In this document: positions 39,582 to 53,081 of the stretch, piece by piece
Layout of the letters: each line of letters opens with the position of its first letter
Numbering within the stretch: the stretch's first letter is position 1
Source: Haliotis cracherodii
Lineage: Eukaryota
Reading direction: 5' to 3'
NCBI RefSeq assembly: GCF_022045235.1
Contig: NW_027266275.1
Location: forward strand, 62,930,001-62,994,000
Length of the DNA stretch: 64,000 nt
Notes under the pieces: generated by a model
The model's database searches: none
What the model was told of the DNA's origin: nothing
What the model saw: the letters and a program-made list of their open reading frames with translations, nothing else
Made by a program: the position numbers and the translations under genes

Positions 39582-42139
39582 TAAATCAAGGTGTTTGTGT
39601 TTTATAGAGTGAAGGTGCTTTGACCAAATTGTACTCGGATTGAAGTGATATCTCAATCATATTTCTACCCACCATAAAGAAGAGCTAAGAGCAAATTGTT
39701 CATATCATTTAAACACCTTTGAACTTTACGCAACCAGTTACGTGGTAGAAATGCATTCTTTGGAAGCAGAAACTAATCTCTTTTGACGCTTTTGTCTATT
39801 CTTGGAAATATTTGGTTAACAGTTGATTGTTGCCAACTGTAATACCGAAATTTTATGGTATTAGATATATATCTATCCACGAGTCCAAACTTTAAAAGCT
39901 AATCACTCAGTTTGGTTTGCGCTTCTTTTCAGCGAAGATGCAAATGGGTTTTTCTTGTTATAGCTATAAACATCTTAAACATTAATGCAATAATCGAAAG
40001 GTTCCTTGCACTGCCCTGTTAAGAAATATTAAATTATTGTTATCACATAAATACCTCCTCAGACGTTTCATAATCAGCTTGCACTTCCACACAGTTGTCA
40101 CCATGGTACCTCATTGCATGTAAAGAAATAAGGTTATTATTTTATCTTACATCATATTGGAAGAGGATTTACACAGGGGGCAGCAGAACGATAACCAAAA
40201 TAGCTGTGTCCTTCTCACTATCTTTACTATTCGATAACAAACTTTGATCAATCTCACGCAAGTATACTACTCAACAGACGTTAAAGAAAAAGCTGATTAT
40301 TTTCATATAACTATAGTTCTGTCATGGCATATGAAAATAATCTACTGTTCTGTATGTAACTCAAAATAAGGTAAAAAACACCCGGTTATAATGTGACTAT
40401 AAGTAATCTGTAAATGGTGTACTTTAACAAATATCTTGAAAATCACGATCCAAAGTGACCTGAAACATCTTCTCAATCCGACAGTTAAAAGTGTCCTATA
40501 TATATGATACCGTTTCTTAAGGTGTATTGTATGCAATAAAGCTTCTATTGGACAATGATGCTGGATGTCCAATAAATACCTTTACCTTTGTCTACCCCAC
40601 GTGGAGAAGACTTGATGAGGCAAGATATGTCGATATCGGACCCAACGAGAAGGATATTATTTAAATAAAGACCATAATCATGGGCAATTTCTGCTGAAAA
40701 CCCATCAATCCGCCAACTGAACACTGTAAAATGGATGTTATCGTGCTCTCTTCTGGTGTAGTTCATTACGAAGACAGTATAAATAGATGTCTACACTGAG
40801 CTGCTGAACCTCAGGACCGTGACAATGTATGCCCTATGAATAAGGTATTTGTCACACAGCCAACCAACACAACCACTCTTCTCAAAGCCGAGTGCATATG
40901 ATGAGTGGGTTTGCATCTATCGGACTTAACGGCGAGAGTAATGCTAAAGCCCATCAACCCTCAAACTGCATACCGTAAATTGTCCCGTATGACTCTCTTC
41001 TGGTGTCGTACCTTTCGAAGACAGTCACAATTAGACGTCAAGATAATATCTGAATATCTGGCCAGTTTTTGGACACTTGCGGGACCCTCGAGACCACATG
41101 TCAATGTTGTCTGCAGTGGACAGTCTCCTAGCAGTTTTCCGGAATATTGGGCAGAGGCTATCCTAGAAGTAATCTGCAACACTAAGACTCCGACAGCAAC
41201 CTAATTGCTTTAGTGGCACATTTGCTGTCACGAATAATCTTTTGCTCCATACTGTAAACAAATTTCATTTAAGCTTATTTCGCGATCCCTTGTGTTTTCG
41301 GTGATGTTTGTTTTATCTGAAAACTAGTATATAATTATACAGATATCAGTTTATATAATGGAACTGTTAAATATACCACAGTCACTACTGCAATACTTAT
41401 AGTATGGTTCTATTGTGTCCATTCAACAATTGAGTATCAGCATGTGTTTAGGAATCACTTTCAAATCTGATTATTGTTGTGTACGCGATAAAGGGAGCGT
41501 ATAGGAAAGTGAGTTGTCCATCTGACATAAACACGGCTCAAATAAACATATGGTACAAGTGAAACTAACGAATGATTTGTCACTGATGTGTCAAATTTGG
41601 AAATGTCCCTCAAACGTACTTTTTTATCAAATGTCATATGGTTGACTTTGAACCAAAGACCTAAACAGGAGGTGGAATGTTTTGTTGTTTTTCAGTTTTA
41701 GAAAAAAGGTTAACCTTTTTAGAAAATCAACATGACGTCTTTGTGGCGTGACCACACAACTACCCTTCTACACAAAACTAAGCATCAGTCCATGTCATTT
41801 CTTTTCCAAAATGTTTTATAACATATTATCCACCTGTGCAGAGTTGCGTCGCTTAGGCTTGTCAGGAACCTGTCGAATCCCGGTTGGCCCTGATTATTTT
41901 TACAGCACCATTTCCGTGATCTAGGGTTTCACCAAAATGGTAAACCTCCTGACACCTGTATCACTTTCCTCCCAAATCAGACAAATATTTTTTATCACAT
42001 TATAATAGTTAATTGCAATGTTTGTATGGGTTGTGTTTTCATAATGATGACACTACTAATGTTGATACTGATTATCATTTAACAGGGATTGATACATATA
42101 TCTCATTTTTACATTGTGTGAAAAAGGATAAATGAGCTA

Positions 42140-42720
42140 CACCAAAACGTCACACTGAAAGAATAGAAGTCGATGTGTGTTCGCCGGGACAGGAGGTTCT
42201 GGTAGGAAGTAGGCATCCCCATAGGCACCAATTGTGCTTCCATCCTTGTTTATCAGTTGCTTTATGCATATATCTATGAATCGGAGTTTCAGCTCAGACT
42301 GGCTAAGGTAAAACAAGGGAGTTGGGCCAAAACGTTTACCTTTGGTTTCAGGTGTATCGATATCATTCAACATTGGTCAAATACTCAATTCCCTTCCAAT
42401 GATCTACCCACCCTAACTAGAAATATAAGAGATTCAGCGTGACCAATACCTCTCCCGAAGATTGTATGACAAGAGGAATGACTTCACTTTCCAACAGTGA
42501 ATTTGCCCTTAATATCGAGCAATATTTCAGACAGCTCACTCTGAACTCGAGCGAGCTCTTTCTACACAGAGGTTCAAGAACGTCGCACGCCTCTTGCTGA
42601 AAAGTTGTTTGATCAGGGTTATAAAATTCAGGGCCTTAGGACGGCTTCCAAAATATCCAAATTGGTGTCCGATGCCATTACCTATTTTGGTTTGTACCAT
42701 ATGCTCCCTTGTATGCTTAC
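42140..42720 (+). mobile_element. Penelope-like RT remnant
   Basis: VGIPIGTNCAS...YESEFQLRLAK...FTFGFRCID, YDKRNDFTFPTVNLPLISSNI, LAEKLFDQGY. Confidence 0.85.
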
Positions 42721-42803
42721 CTTTTCGTAAACAGAAATAACTATGGTGTTAAATTATAAATCAATTATCAAAATTATCCACCCTTGACGGTTGTATCTCA
42801 TTA

Positions 42804-43085
42804 TGGGGGCACGGGTGGCCCAGTCGTCTAAGGTGCCGCGATTCGCTGTGCAGAGTTGCGTCCCTTGGGCACGCCAGAAACCTATGATTGTGGGTTCGAA
42901 TCCCGATTCGCCCCGATTATGTTTCTAGGTTTGTCAGCACCATACCCATGCTCGTGGGTTTCACCGAAGCGGTAAACGTCTGAGACCTGCATCAATTCGG
43001 TCTTTCCTCCCACATTAAGCTGACACGCCGCGATATAACTGGAATACTGTTAAAAGCGGCGTTAAACCCAGCTCACTCACTCACT
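42804..43085 (+). mobile_element. SINE family 2 (V-like), full length
   Basis: A box TGGCCCAGTCG, B box GGTTCGAATCC, shared tail; imperfect TSD TATCTC(A/G)TTAT. Confidence 0.92.
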
Positions 43086-43664
43086 CTATCTCGTTATTGA
43101 CATATATCATTTCGTTTGATTCACGTTTGATTATCCCAAAATAAATTTACGTAAAGTGGTGGAAAACGACCATGATGACATTTGCATTGACTGAAGTGAC
43201 CCGCTCACCTTTTCGCGCACACCTGATATTACTGCTATTAAAAAATGATTAACAAAATGTTAAACATCAACGCCAGAGAATAACAAGTATCACATTATCC
43301 AGTCAGATCACCCATCGAAACAGATTCAATCGAGCATGAAAGGCAAACTAGCGGTGAAAAATACCTGAATGGATCATTAGAAATAGGTGATGACAACGGG
43401 TGTTCGCGAAAAGGGTAGGCACGTCCTGCCCTTCAAGTACATGATCCTACATGCTTAAGATATTGGTAGAATCGTACAATGGACAATGATCTCTGCAGAT
43501 ATTTCTTATGATCATGGGAAATGTCTAGTCGCCTTTATTTTCAATACGCTATGCATTATAATATTATTCGTATGACATTCATGCTCGTATAATAATCGCT
43601 ATGTGTGTTTTGCTGGGAAGGTAGTTTCGGTGAACTCCATCATTATGTCGGTACAGTTGCATAT

Positions 43665-43900
43665 TTGTTTGTTTCTTGCATGAAGCCACACTCAACAATT
43701 TTCACGCAGTTTGACATGACGGCGACCTCTATGTAATCGGGTCTGGACCAGACAAATCCAGTGATTAACATCATGAAAATCGATCGATGTAATTTGGTAC
43801 GATGGTTTGAAATCAACCAAATTACCAAGTCTGTCCATCCTATCTATTTCGTCTCCTCTTATGACAAACATGGGTTACTGGAGACCTATACCAGTCCCCA
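43665..43900 (-). mobile_element. SINE-like family 4, degenerate
   Basis: GTCTGGACCAGACAAATCCAGTGATTAACATCATGA core. Confidence 0.75.
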
Positions 43901-44567
43901 CAGGTCCAGGCACAAGAGACAGGCCTAGCAAGGTTTCTTTAGGCGCTGTGTTTCTTTAGTTCATTATCTGGTTTGATGACGTTATCTGATATGTCTTTCA
44001 ATTCATCTCAACAGCTTTAATAGTGGAGTCAGTTGCGACTCCCTATTTTGATTTGGACTGCATGTTCCCGTGTTTAATTATTTAACTCTCCTTTGTGCGT
44101 GTTAGTGGCAGGTGTCAGCGATGGGGAAGGATACGTGTACCGTTTCGCGACCACCTGGTGTCATTACTATTTTATAGTGATTCACAAACATTACTTTCAA
44201 TATACATTGGACTCTCTTTTTTAAGATGGAATGGGTTTTGACGCTTTTATTTGATTACCTGATCACGCTTATCTTGAACAAATATGTTTACATTTATATT
44301 TACAATGAAAAAACGTCAAAGAGTTTCTTTCGCTCGGTCGTGATATAAGAATATCCCCGCTTTTCCCGAACCAAGTGAACAGAAGAAAAACAATAATTCA
44401 CGAACACTTTATGCACTCTGCAAGTTAACTATACATTTACCTTAGTACCTTTTTCAGGCATACTTATAATCGCTTTTAAATGGCCGAACAATTTAGCAAT
44501 GATGACAAACACCTAATCGCCACACGTTCAGTTACAACACGTTCTGCGATTGCGTTGCATGTTAAAT

Positions 44568-44730
44568 GGGTAGATGAGTTTGGTTTTACGCCGCTTTTAG
44601 CAATATCACGCTTTACCACGGCGGGGGACACCAGAAATTGGCTAGGCACATTGTGCCCATGTTGGGAATCGAACCCTGGTCTTCGGCGTGACGAGCGAAC
44701 GCTTTAACCACTAGGTTACCGATCGCCCCT
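44568..44730 (-). mobile_element. SINE family 1
   Basis: Reverse copy. Confidence 0.88.
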
Positions 44731-45996
44731 ATTCCATGTACTTAAAGTCCATGTATTAGGACACACTATCACTGTGACTGAGGGACTTGAGTTTGTTTTT
44801 GACAAAGGATATCTTTCTAATCATGATACTATTTGTTCGTTGTGACCAAGTTCAAATAATGTAGCCTTTCTTGTAAAATGGTTTGAGCAAGCGTGCATAC
44901 ATCCATATTGTTTTACGTTTTGCGAATCTGTTTTTGTCTGCGATTTGGGTGGTAGTTATTCGAGTGTGTACACAATCACTACATCACACCTATCGAGGAA
45001 ACTTCCCACGAGGTACCAGCTTGTGGTGGAAAACTCAGGGTGACTTTCTCCTTGCACGCTCTGACGTTCATGCAGTTTGGCCCTCACTCCATGAAGTTCA
45101 GTTGTTAATTATATTTCTCGGTTTCTATCTGTGAAATGGCAACAGCATTACATAAACCTTTTCATAACTTTTCTTCACTATGTAATGTATTAATGCGGTT
45201 ATCGTTTTCTGAAATCGAACAGGCCTAAAGCGTTTCAATCCTACTGAAAGCGTTTCAATCCTACTGATTCTAATGGAAAGCTGGTAGTCCCGGCGAACAA
45301 ACTCTACTGTTTACATTCATATGAGAGCTGACACCAAAATACTCAAGAAAGGCCACGTTCGTGCAATCGTGTGTGGGAATTGATTTGTAACAAGGAGATA
45401 TATTACTTCCAGTGAACACTACTCTTTGCTGCCGTCTTCTAGACCCACGTAGAACATAAAGTCCCTCGCTTGATGAGTGATGGCTCACTCACTCATGGTT
45501 CCCCTCACACCCTGATACAATGGTATGAAAGGAACTCATTATTGCTACAAATGGTTCCAACAAAACACATTTTCGAGACAAAAGGGTGACGAATCACTTT
45601 TGACTCAGTGCTGTAATCAGTTGAAGGGAGCTCACCTTACTTCGTCATGTGATCAACTGTTGTAGATATATGTGTGTTTCATGATCATATATTTGTTAGA
45701 CTTTGAAGTTGATTGATCTTTTTCTTCATTAAGATTCCATTGTGTTCTTTCTGTGAAAGATATGGCATTACACTCTTCAAAATAAGAAACGCACAGGTAG
45801 ACCTTTAGTAAATTTAGTGTACCTAATAAAGTCAATATATTTAATTTGATATCATAGATACAAATATGAAATTTTGGAGCTCTATAGTCACATATTGTCG
45901 TTGTACGAAGGCATTGAAAACTGTTCATTATCATGTCACATAAGGCCACAAGGTTGCGCTGAACTTAGTATCACGTGTGACCGCCCCGGGCAGCAA

Positions 45997-47244
45997 TCAC
46001 ACCTCTGCATCTCCTCGGCACTGACTGGATAAGTGTACGAATTCTGTCCTGCGGAAATCTGCGCCATTCTGCTTGTAACGCGCTGGGCAGTTGTGGGAGT
46101 GTCTGTGGCGTGTTCTGACGTTGACGTACAGGTCGATCGAGTTCATCCCAGAGATGTTCGTTTGGGTTGAGATCTGAAGATTGGCATTATGGTAGTCTAC
46201 CGTGACACGAGCTGTGTGCGGTGGAGCGTTGTCCTGTTGAAACAGCTCCCTCTGGCGGTCAATGATTGGAAGAATGTGAGGTTGAAGAATTTGATTCAAG
46301 TAGCGATTTGCTGTCAAATTTCTCTAAACCACAATCAAGTCCAATCGCGTTGTGAAGGATATGGCCCCCCACACCATGACACTACCGCCACCGAAATTGT
46401 CGAATTGACGTACACAATGTGGGGCAAAACAAAACGCTCATTTCGACGACGATAAACACGTTGTCTTCCATCTCGCCGGTTAAGGAGAAATCGTGATTCA
46501 CCGCTAAACAAAAAACTCGTCTCCAGTTTCTCAAATGCGAAGTCTGTAAGGTATGGCACAAACGCAAGCGTCGCTGTCGATGGAGCTGTTGCAAAACAGT
46601 GACGATAACTGGTCTTCTGGGTCTTATTCCAGCCTCGCGAAGATGGTTCCTGACAGTCTGGTCCGATATCCTCCGCAGCCTCCTCTCCGTAGCTGTGGCA
46701 TTGCGATGACCTGTGGAACAGTCGAATGTAGCGATCTTGTGCAGGAGTGGTAACTCTTGGTCGGCCGGTCCTCGGACGGTCTGCAGTTGAATTGAACTGT
46801 GTGTATCGGTCCCAAAGGTGGCAAATGGTGCTGTGATGGACGTTGAAGCGTGCAACAGAAGACCGCGATTCCCCTCTTTGGATACGTCCAATGGCGATGT
46901 TCCGATCGGCAGCGCTCTCGGCATTTTCGAACTTGAAAAATGTTGACAATTGAATGACAAATTATTGGCTTATGCTTGCCTTTTCATAGCCACTACCACG
47001 AGTTACGAATGCCATAACTTGCACGTGCGTGGTGCTTTACTGTTATCCTCCACGACATTTTTGGACAAGTGTGAAAACAATGCCGTTTGAGACATTGCAA
47101 ATCGACAATGGCTGCGTTTTGACGAATATCAGGCCATCAAAATTTTCCAATAACATATATCCAATTTATATACCGGATTTTTCGTGTAGTCAGGTTCAAT
47201 GAACTACATACTACACGTGAGTCTCTTTTTTATTGAAGAGTGTA
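45997..47244 (-). mobile_element. Near-complete Tc1-like transposon, frameshifted
   Basis: HTH NIAIGRIQRGESRSSVARFNVHHSTI, DRPRTGRPRVTT, FSGESRF, GGGSVMVWG, FQQDNAPPH, NEHLWDELD; TA plus TIR-like CACTCTTCAATAAAAAAGAGAC at 47221-47244. Confidence 0.93.
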
Positions 47245-49367
47245 TGTACCTTCAATCTTACCTCTTTCATCGGCCTTTGAAATAGGTTTAGATAACTTCT
47301 CCCACGGCACAATGCCATTGCGGGGAAATGGCACATACTTTGTGTAGATCTGAAAACTGAATTCATTGGTCCACATTAATTGGTCTCCAGAATGTCACCC
47401 AATAAGAACAGAAGAGCTTTAGACTCCGGAAAGATATTGATCAGCCTGTACAACCTCAAGACCTCTGTTGCAAAAATAGACATTTTCTGCTGCATCCTTC
47501 ACATTTGTGTCATCTAATCTGTGCTGGCGATCGTGGGAATCGGAGTGGTCTTCATGGACGACAGTCATCACAGTCAAATCGCGAAGCTAAAATATGTAAA
47601 ATTGTCAATTTGAAAATTTGATTTGTTGCTACCCTCTCTCGGGGCTTACGTTGTATGCCATCAGATCTCGCCCCTTTATCATAAAAGATTAACGTTGTTT
47701 CCTTTGCCCTAAACAGAAACATTTAGATGCTATTGGATGATAAGCCAGTTTGCTAGCATACAAACTGCAAATGAGTTCTTGTGCTGTATCTTTGTCTATA
47801 TTTGTGACATTACAAATTTGAACAACAACACTGTTTCGTTCCACTGCAAAGTATTTTTGTGTTTAAATTGTTCCATCTCATTGGCGTTGTTTATCCAGCT
47901 GTCGACAGAAACACTTGACGCAAGTTTTGTGTTGAGCTATAGGTTATTTATTGTCCATCATATACTTATGTTAAAATGGTGGATGATGGCCCATGATAAC
48001 ATCTATATTGACTAAAGTGATATCAACCATCAACCTTCAGATACATGCACATAATTGTCACTGTTACCATACTGTGGGTATCGAATGTACATGTAAGTAA
48101 AATGTTCATTTCTGTTGCAAACAAATCTCTGTTTACATTTATTTTATAACCCATTAATGAGTTCTTATCGCAACTCCTTCTTTGAAATACCTCTAGATAT
48201 CCTGGAAATCTAGACGTACGCATCAGGCTGCATGTTACTAAACTACCTCCTTGGCCATTGGGTTCTTGTCATATAATATTCACCACTATTTTGTATTTCA
48301 CGCCCAATGGAATATATCTCCAGCATTATCGTTATATATCATGACGATTTCACAGTCTTAAATTAACCATCAGGACCAATAATGTGTCATCATGGCACTA
48401 ACAAGGCTTGCGGCATATGACGAATAGTGACAAGAGAAATATTGATATGAAGTACATTATCATACAAAACCGTTTCCTCTTCATTCCCCAAATTATGGAT
48501 GTTGAGGCAATTTGTGTATTTTGGCTCTTCATTCGTACATATTACACATATAATACTTTTACCCCGTTTGGACCTGGCTTAGAATAGGTTCCCATAACCC
48601 TACTGATTGTCATAAAGATGAGTAATTTGGTTTTGACTTGAGTAATCGCGTGGATAATTTCTCGTGTTTTCTCTCAATGGCTTACCTTGTCCAAATTTGA
48701 TAATGTTTGGTCGCCGTGAAAATAGCAACATATTTCTGATTGCGGTGATCAACAACATTCACATATTCAACCGTGTACGTTTCTGTTAAACAATATAACC
48801 ACATATCATTTGACTAGCTGTAGTTCAGTCTGTTAGCATTATGCCGTAAACATTGTTTTGTAGCAGAAGCTATTAAACGTTGTGTCTGATGATTGTTAGT
48901 GGAGGCAATGAAACACTCATAACATGTGGCTAGTTTTTTTTTCCTTTTAGAGGCATTCCAACGACAGTTGAGAGTTACCTTCCTTCAGTTTGCTATCTCT
49001 AGCAGTTTCAAAAGGTGACCGTTTCTAGAAGGCAGTCTGTGCATATATATAAGAGCGAGGGGCTTTTACCACCCGACTTGCCAAGTGCTGACGGGATACC
49101 GAACTGACAACACCCACTCACCGCCAGCTTCCGGATTAATGTACCTATTTCAATACATGCAACAGTGATTTTATTCTGAACATTCGTGAGTGCACTGAGA
49201 TTTGTTATAGGATCTGTTATTTATTGCTGCTGACACATGTACAGTATGTGACCCATTGCATCTTGTGTGAACCTAAACCTTTGTGTTTTAATATTGGTTG
49301 TCATTTATTCATTGATCTTGTGTGGATTTCTGGGTTGACCTTCACGTTTTAAATACACAATTCAGAA

Positions 49368-49915
49368 CATTCAGAAAGTGGTCAAATGTAACATGTTATA
49401 TTTGGGATAACACTTTCTGAGTAAAGTTCAGATTCTCGTACTTTTTTTGTTTCGGGGTTGAGTCACGTCCGGTATTCGAACCCACACTGCCAGAGTGAGT
49501 CACCTAATCGCCAGCACACAAAGTCAGCGGTCTGACACCGGACGGGACTCAACCTTATAAAGTATCTATACTTTACTCAGAAAGTGTTATCCCAAATAGA
49601 ACATTTGTTACATTTGACCACTTTCTAAATGGCAGTGCGTGTTCATAGCTTTCGGCCATGGGAGCCGTGCCAATTTACACTTGTCAGGGGGGTATACAAA
49701 GTACGTGATCTAGACTACCAGTCGTTGGACTTTCATTTTTGTGGAAGCCTCGGTGGCTGAGTGGGTTAGATCGCTGACTTTTTGTGCTGGCGATTAGGTG
49801 CCTCATTCTGGCAGTGTGGGTTCGAATACCAGACAGGACTCAACCCAAAAAGGTACGCGTATCTGTACTTCACTCAGAAAGTGTTATCCCAAATATAATA
49901 TTCGTTACACTTCAC
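49368..49915. mobile_element. tRNA-containing unit of about 297 bp in direct plus inverted arrangement (Penelope-type architecture)
   Basis: Inverted partial copy at 49368-49533, then CTCAGAAAGTGTTATCCCAAAT at 49576 and 49873; tRNA-like A box TGGCTGAGTGG and B box GGTTCGAATAC at 49747-49840. Confidence 0.75.
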
Positions 49916-50019
49916 GTTTTAGTTTGGAAATCACCTCGTAACAACAGTTTCACTTACAATTATGTCGACAGTGATGCTGACATGTGGACACAACAGGAAT
50001 GCAGGATAATGAAAACTCC

Positions 50020-50250
50020 CCGTTTCGCTGGTCTAGTGTGTTAGAGCGACTGCCCGCGGGAGAGGGAAAGGTTGGCGGTTTGATCCCCATCCGCGTCATA
50101 CCAACAGTTGTTAACATTTGTTGTTACCCTGCCTAGAGATCGGCATTAACAGGATAAATCAAGTCGTTTCGGAGTGCTGCATGAAGTGGGCTAGCCTTAT
50201 AAAAATGGACTTTAGTCAGGACTAGAACAAGCAGCCACGTCGCTATATAC
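50020..50250 (+). mobile_element. SINE family 3, degenerate
   Basis: GGTCTAGTG, CCGCGTCATACCAA and ACAAGCAGCCACGTCGCTATATA pieces. Confidence 0.7.
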
Positions 50251-51088
50251 TTGCAATGATTTTGCAATCAACGGTAAACAGTTTTCAACAGCATTGAAAT
50301 GGAATGTGAAAAGTAGTTGTTATTTCCGGAAATGGTAGGAAATAGAAATTGGCGATTATATCATAATTGTATGGACTTATTCACCTACAGCAGAAAATAA
50401 AAGCACTGACGGTGATCAACGTCTGAATCTACAAAGTTCGCAGTGAAGTAGATGTTTGTTTCAAATGCCATTCAGCCTGATTGCACCCTGAATAAAATAG
50501 AGTAGGATCAAGCTCAAATAATACAAGACAATTTTACACTTCCCCGGTGTGATACAGCGTATCGCAGTCTAAGTGGACAAAGTGTCCAGGAAGTAATCCT
50601 TAGATTGTCCTGATACCTACTGATGTTTTATCGGAAATCAATTACGACCCTTCGTGTTTGTACTGTTACTTCAACAGCCATCCCTGGATGACTATTTGAG
50701 AAACAACGGTCAATTCGAAACAAGAAAAAACTGCTCCGATCACTTCCATCTTTCGTTTAAAAAACGTGTTTGTGCTTGGGCTTCAGGTTGCTGATGTTGT
50801 GCAGCACGGCACGCGCCACATGATTTTAAAACCACAGCGAATGAATTGACCCGCCAAGGGATACGGACAAGTCTGTAGTCAAGTGGAGATCTAACGATCA
50901 AAAATGGTTTTAACATATTGTTATGTTGAAACCGTAGGTACATTCAAACCTGTCGCTTTTGACACGAGGGGGTGTATGTTTCACACGAAGTAATTAGTGT
51001 CAGGCATACGTTATTGAGACCAAATTAATGCCTTGTGATGTCATCACTTTCTACCTACAAGATACCATTCCTATTTGGACATCAGTGT

Positions 51089-51093
<5 letters not shown>

Positions 51094-51151
<58 letters not shown>

Positions 51152-51159
51152 TCTCTCTC
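51094..51159. repeat. (TC)n microsatellite
   Basis: Direct reading; another at 58381-58428. Confidence 0.95.
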
Positions 51160-51650
51160 CGATAACCTTGGTATCATACCCCTATTAATATGCACATTGA
51201 TTAACGTTCCCAATATGCTTATATGTTTTTTTCTGTAATTTTGCCGCCGAAACATGCCAACAAACCCGGCTACAAGTCATCTGGTGCTCAAAAATTTTAT
51301 TCATAGAATATTCTGTAGCCTCCTCATTGAGTAAAATTACGTCTTAAACATCCATTATTTTAAGAATGACATTCTATGAGATTATTACCGCCGTGTGTTT
51401 CCGTATCGTAAATATCATATATCAGAAAGAAAAATTATATTATATAATTTGTATTAGTTATATATGATATTTACGATAGGGGAACACACACGACTGATAA
51501 TGCTCATTTTATTGCTATGTCAAATGGTGGCCAAGGGGGCCTCAATTTGTTGAGCAGAACTTTGACTGTGAACTTTGGCTCGACTCTCAGACATCAGATG
51601 GCACTATCTTTCTTTTTCTCTAACTAACTCTCTCAATGTCTCAACTAACT

Positions 51651-51871
51651 GAAAAGCCCATTTCTGGTGTCCCCTGCCGTGATATGGCTGGAATATTGCT
51701 AAAAGCGGCGTAAAACCCAACTCACTCACTCACTCAATGTCCCTGTGTGGGGCGGTCGGGTAGCCTAGTGGTTAAAGCGTTCGCTCGTCACGCCGAAGAC
51801 GCGGGTTCGATTCACGATATGGGTACTTTGGAATATTACTAAAAGCGGCGTACAACCAAACTCACTCACTC
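51651..51871 (+). mobile_element. Two adjacent SINE family 1 pieces (3' half, then internally deleted copy)
   Basis: Tail at 51651-51735; head plus tail at 51749-51871 flanked by TGTCCCTGTG repeats. Confidence 0.85.
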
Positions 51872-52981
51872 AGTGTCCCTGTGCATGTGTATGTGTGTAT
51901 ATTTGTTTATTTCTGTTAGATCATCTCTTCTTTCCTTAGGTCTCTTTCCCGTTCTTTCCATCCCATCTTTATCCTCTTTTCTCTGAACGTGCCTCTGTCC
52001 ATATGCGTTTCTCCTTCACTATCTAACATTCCTTGTGGAATTAATACTATTTATTTTTTTCACATGTCTCTCACATGGCCTACTCCCTGAAATGTATCTC
52101 AGATATCTCCCTGTTTATGTCTGTATAATGTCATAAGTATACACAAACTCTGTTAATCAGGACATCACTTTCCAAATTAAAACATAAGGAAAAAAGAATT
52201 TCTTTAAAATATTTCTTTCAGAAACCTTCCCGAATGTTCAACCTGTAGAGACCCCACTGCGGATAATGAGAGCAGATACAACGTTACACAAATAATGTTC
52301 AGTTCATAAAATAATATGAGGTCAATGGTATGTAACAAGACGAAATTACTTCCATTTTTGAAATGTACATTGCTCTTTACTTCCGCCTTCTAGTGTCGCA
52401 AACGTATTTTCAGTATGATGATTCAATTGTTATTCTCTCCCTGAAGGATGTGAGATCTTACGGCTTTTATCACCTTTTCAAACGCTTTTGACAAATACAC
52501 TAATGGCACAATATTTCCTTTTTGCCTTGAGATGAAAAGGCAAAATAATATACTTTGTGTGGTTCTGAAAACGAAAAAAAGAGCCTACAGCAATTTCTAA
52601 CAGTCTCCAAAATTTCAATCCTCGCCAAAAAGAAAATCAAAGTTGTGGACTGCGAGAACATATTGATCAATCTGTGCAACCACAAAACTAGCTTTTATTC
52701 AATTACGCTTTTTGCAAAAAATCGACATTTGCTGCTGCATGCTGCACACTTGTCTCATCTAATCTGGTATGATGGCGGCTGTGGTATTAGGAGAGGTGAA
52801 TAACTCAAGTAGCGGGGCAACTGTTTGAAATAGCCGCCTTTCACACAATGTCACAGTCAATTTGTGAAGCTAAAATATGCAAAATTGTCTGTCCTCTCTT
52901 TTTAGGACATACGTTATTCTACTTTTATCAGAAAGGATAAGCGGTGTCACGTCTGCCCCAAACAGAAACATTTGGGTGGTA

Positions 52982-53081
52982 CAGTAAACTACGGTTATAA
53001 CGAACTCAAAGGGACTACTAATTTTAGTTCGTTATAACCGTAGTTCGTTATAAGCGTGTTCTTTATAACCGTAGTTTACTG
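52982..53081. mobile_element. 100-bp Tc1/pogo-type MITE
   Basis: TIR CAGTAAACTACGGTTATAA / TTATAACCGTAGTTTACTG, TA on both sides; the paralogous block at about 47730 shows the empty TA site. Confidence 0.92.

Larger units (their letters stand above)
37230..41230 (-). pseudogene. NLR-like pseudogene, copy 4 (HD1-WH-HD2 and downstream blocks)
   Basis: GKLLGDCPLQTTLTCGL (ORF 40961..41182, HD1 proline motif), RLIVTVFERY, PIEALL...KKRYHIY (ORF 40342..40572); blocks 37230-37400 and 37460-38400 are homologous to copies 5-7. Confidence 0.6.
45270..50760 (-). pseudogene. NLR-like pseudogene, copy 5, split by Tc1 and internally deleted
   Basis: 50410-50760 is homologous to 33640-34010 (IDRCFSNSHPG...HRGSVKLSCII); ISLVTIRH (sensor-1-like, about 48420-48445); 47330-48030 and 45270-45800 are homologous to blocks in copies 4, 6 and 7. 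Confidence 0.55.

Noticed and set aside
40900-41060. Shared in-frame TGA codons as selenocysteine or an alternative genetic code
   Set aside because: TAA, TAG and frameshifts are equally common; ordinary pseudogene decay explains them
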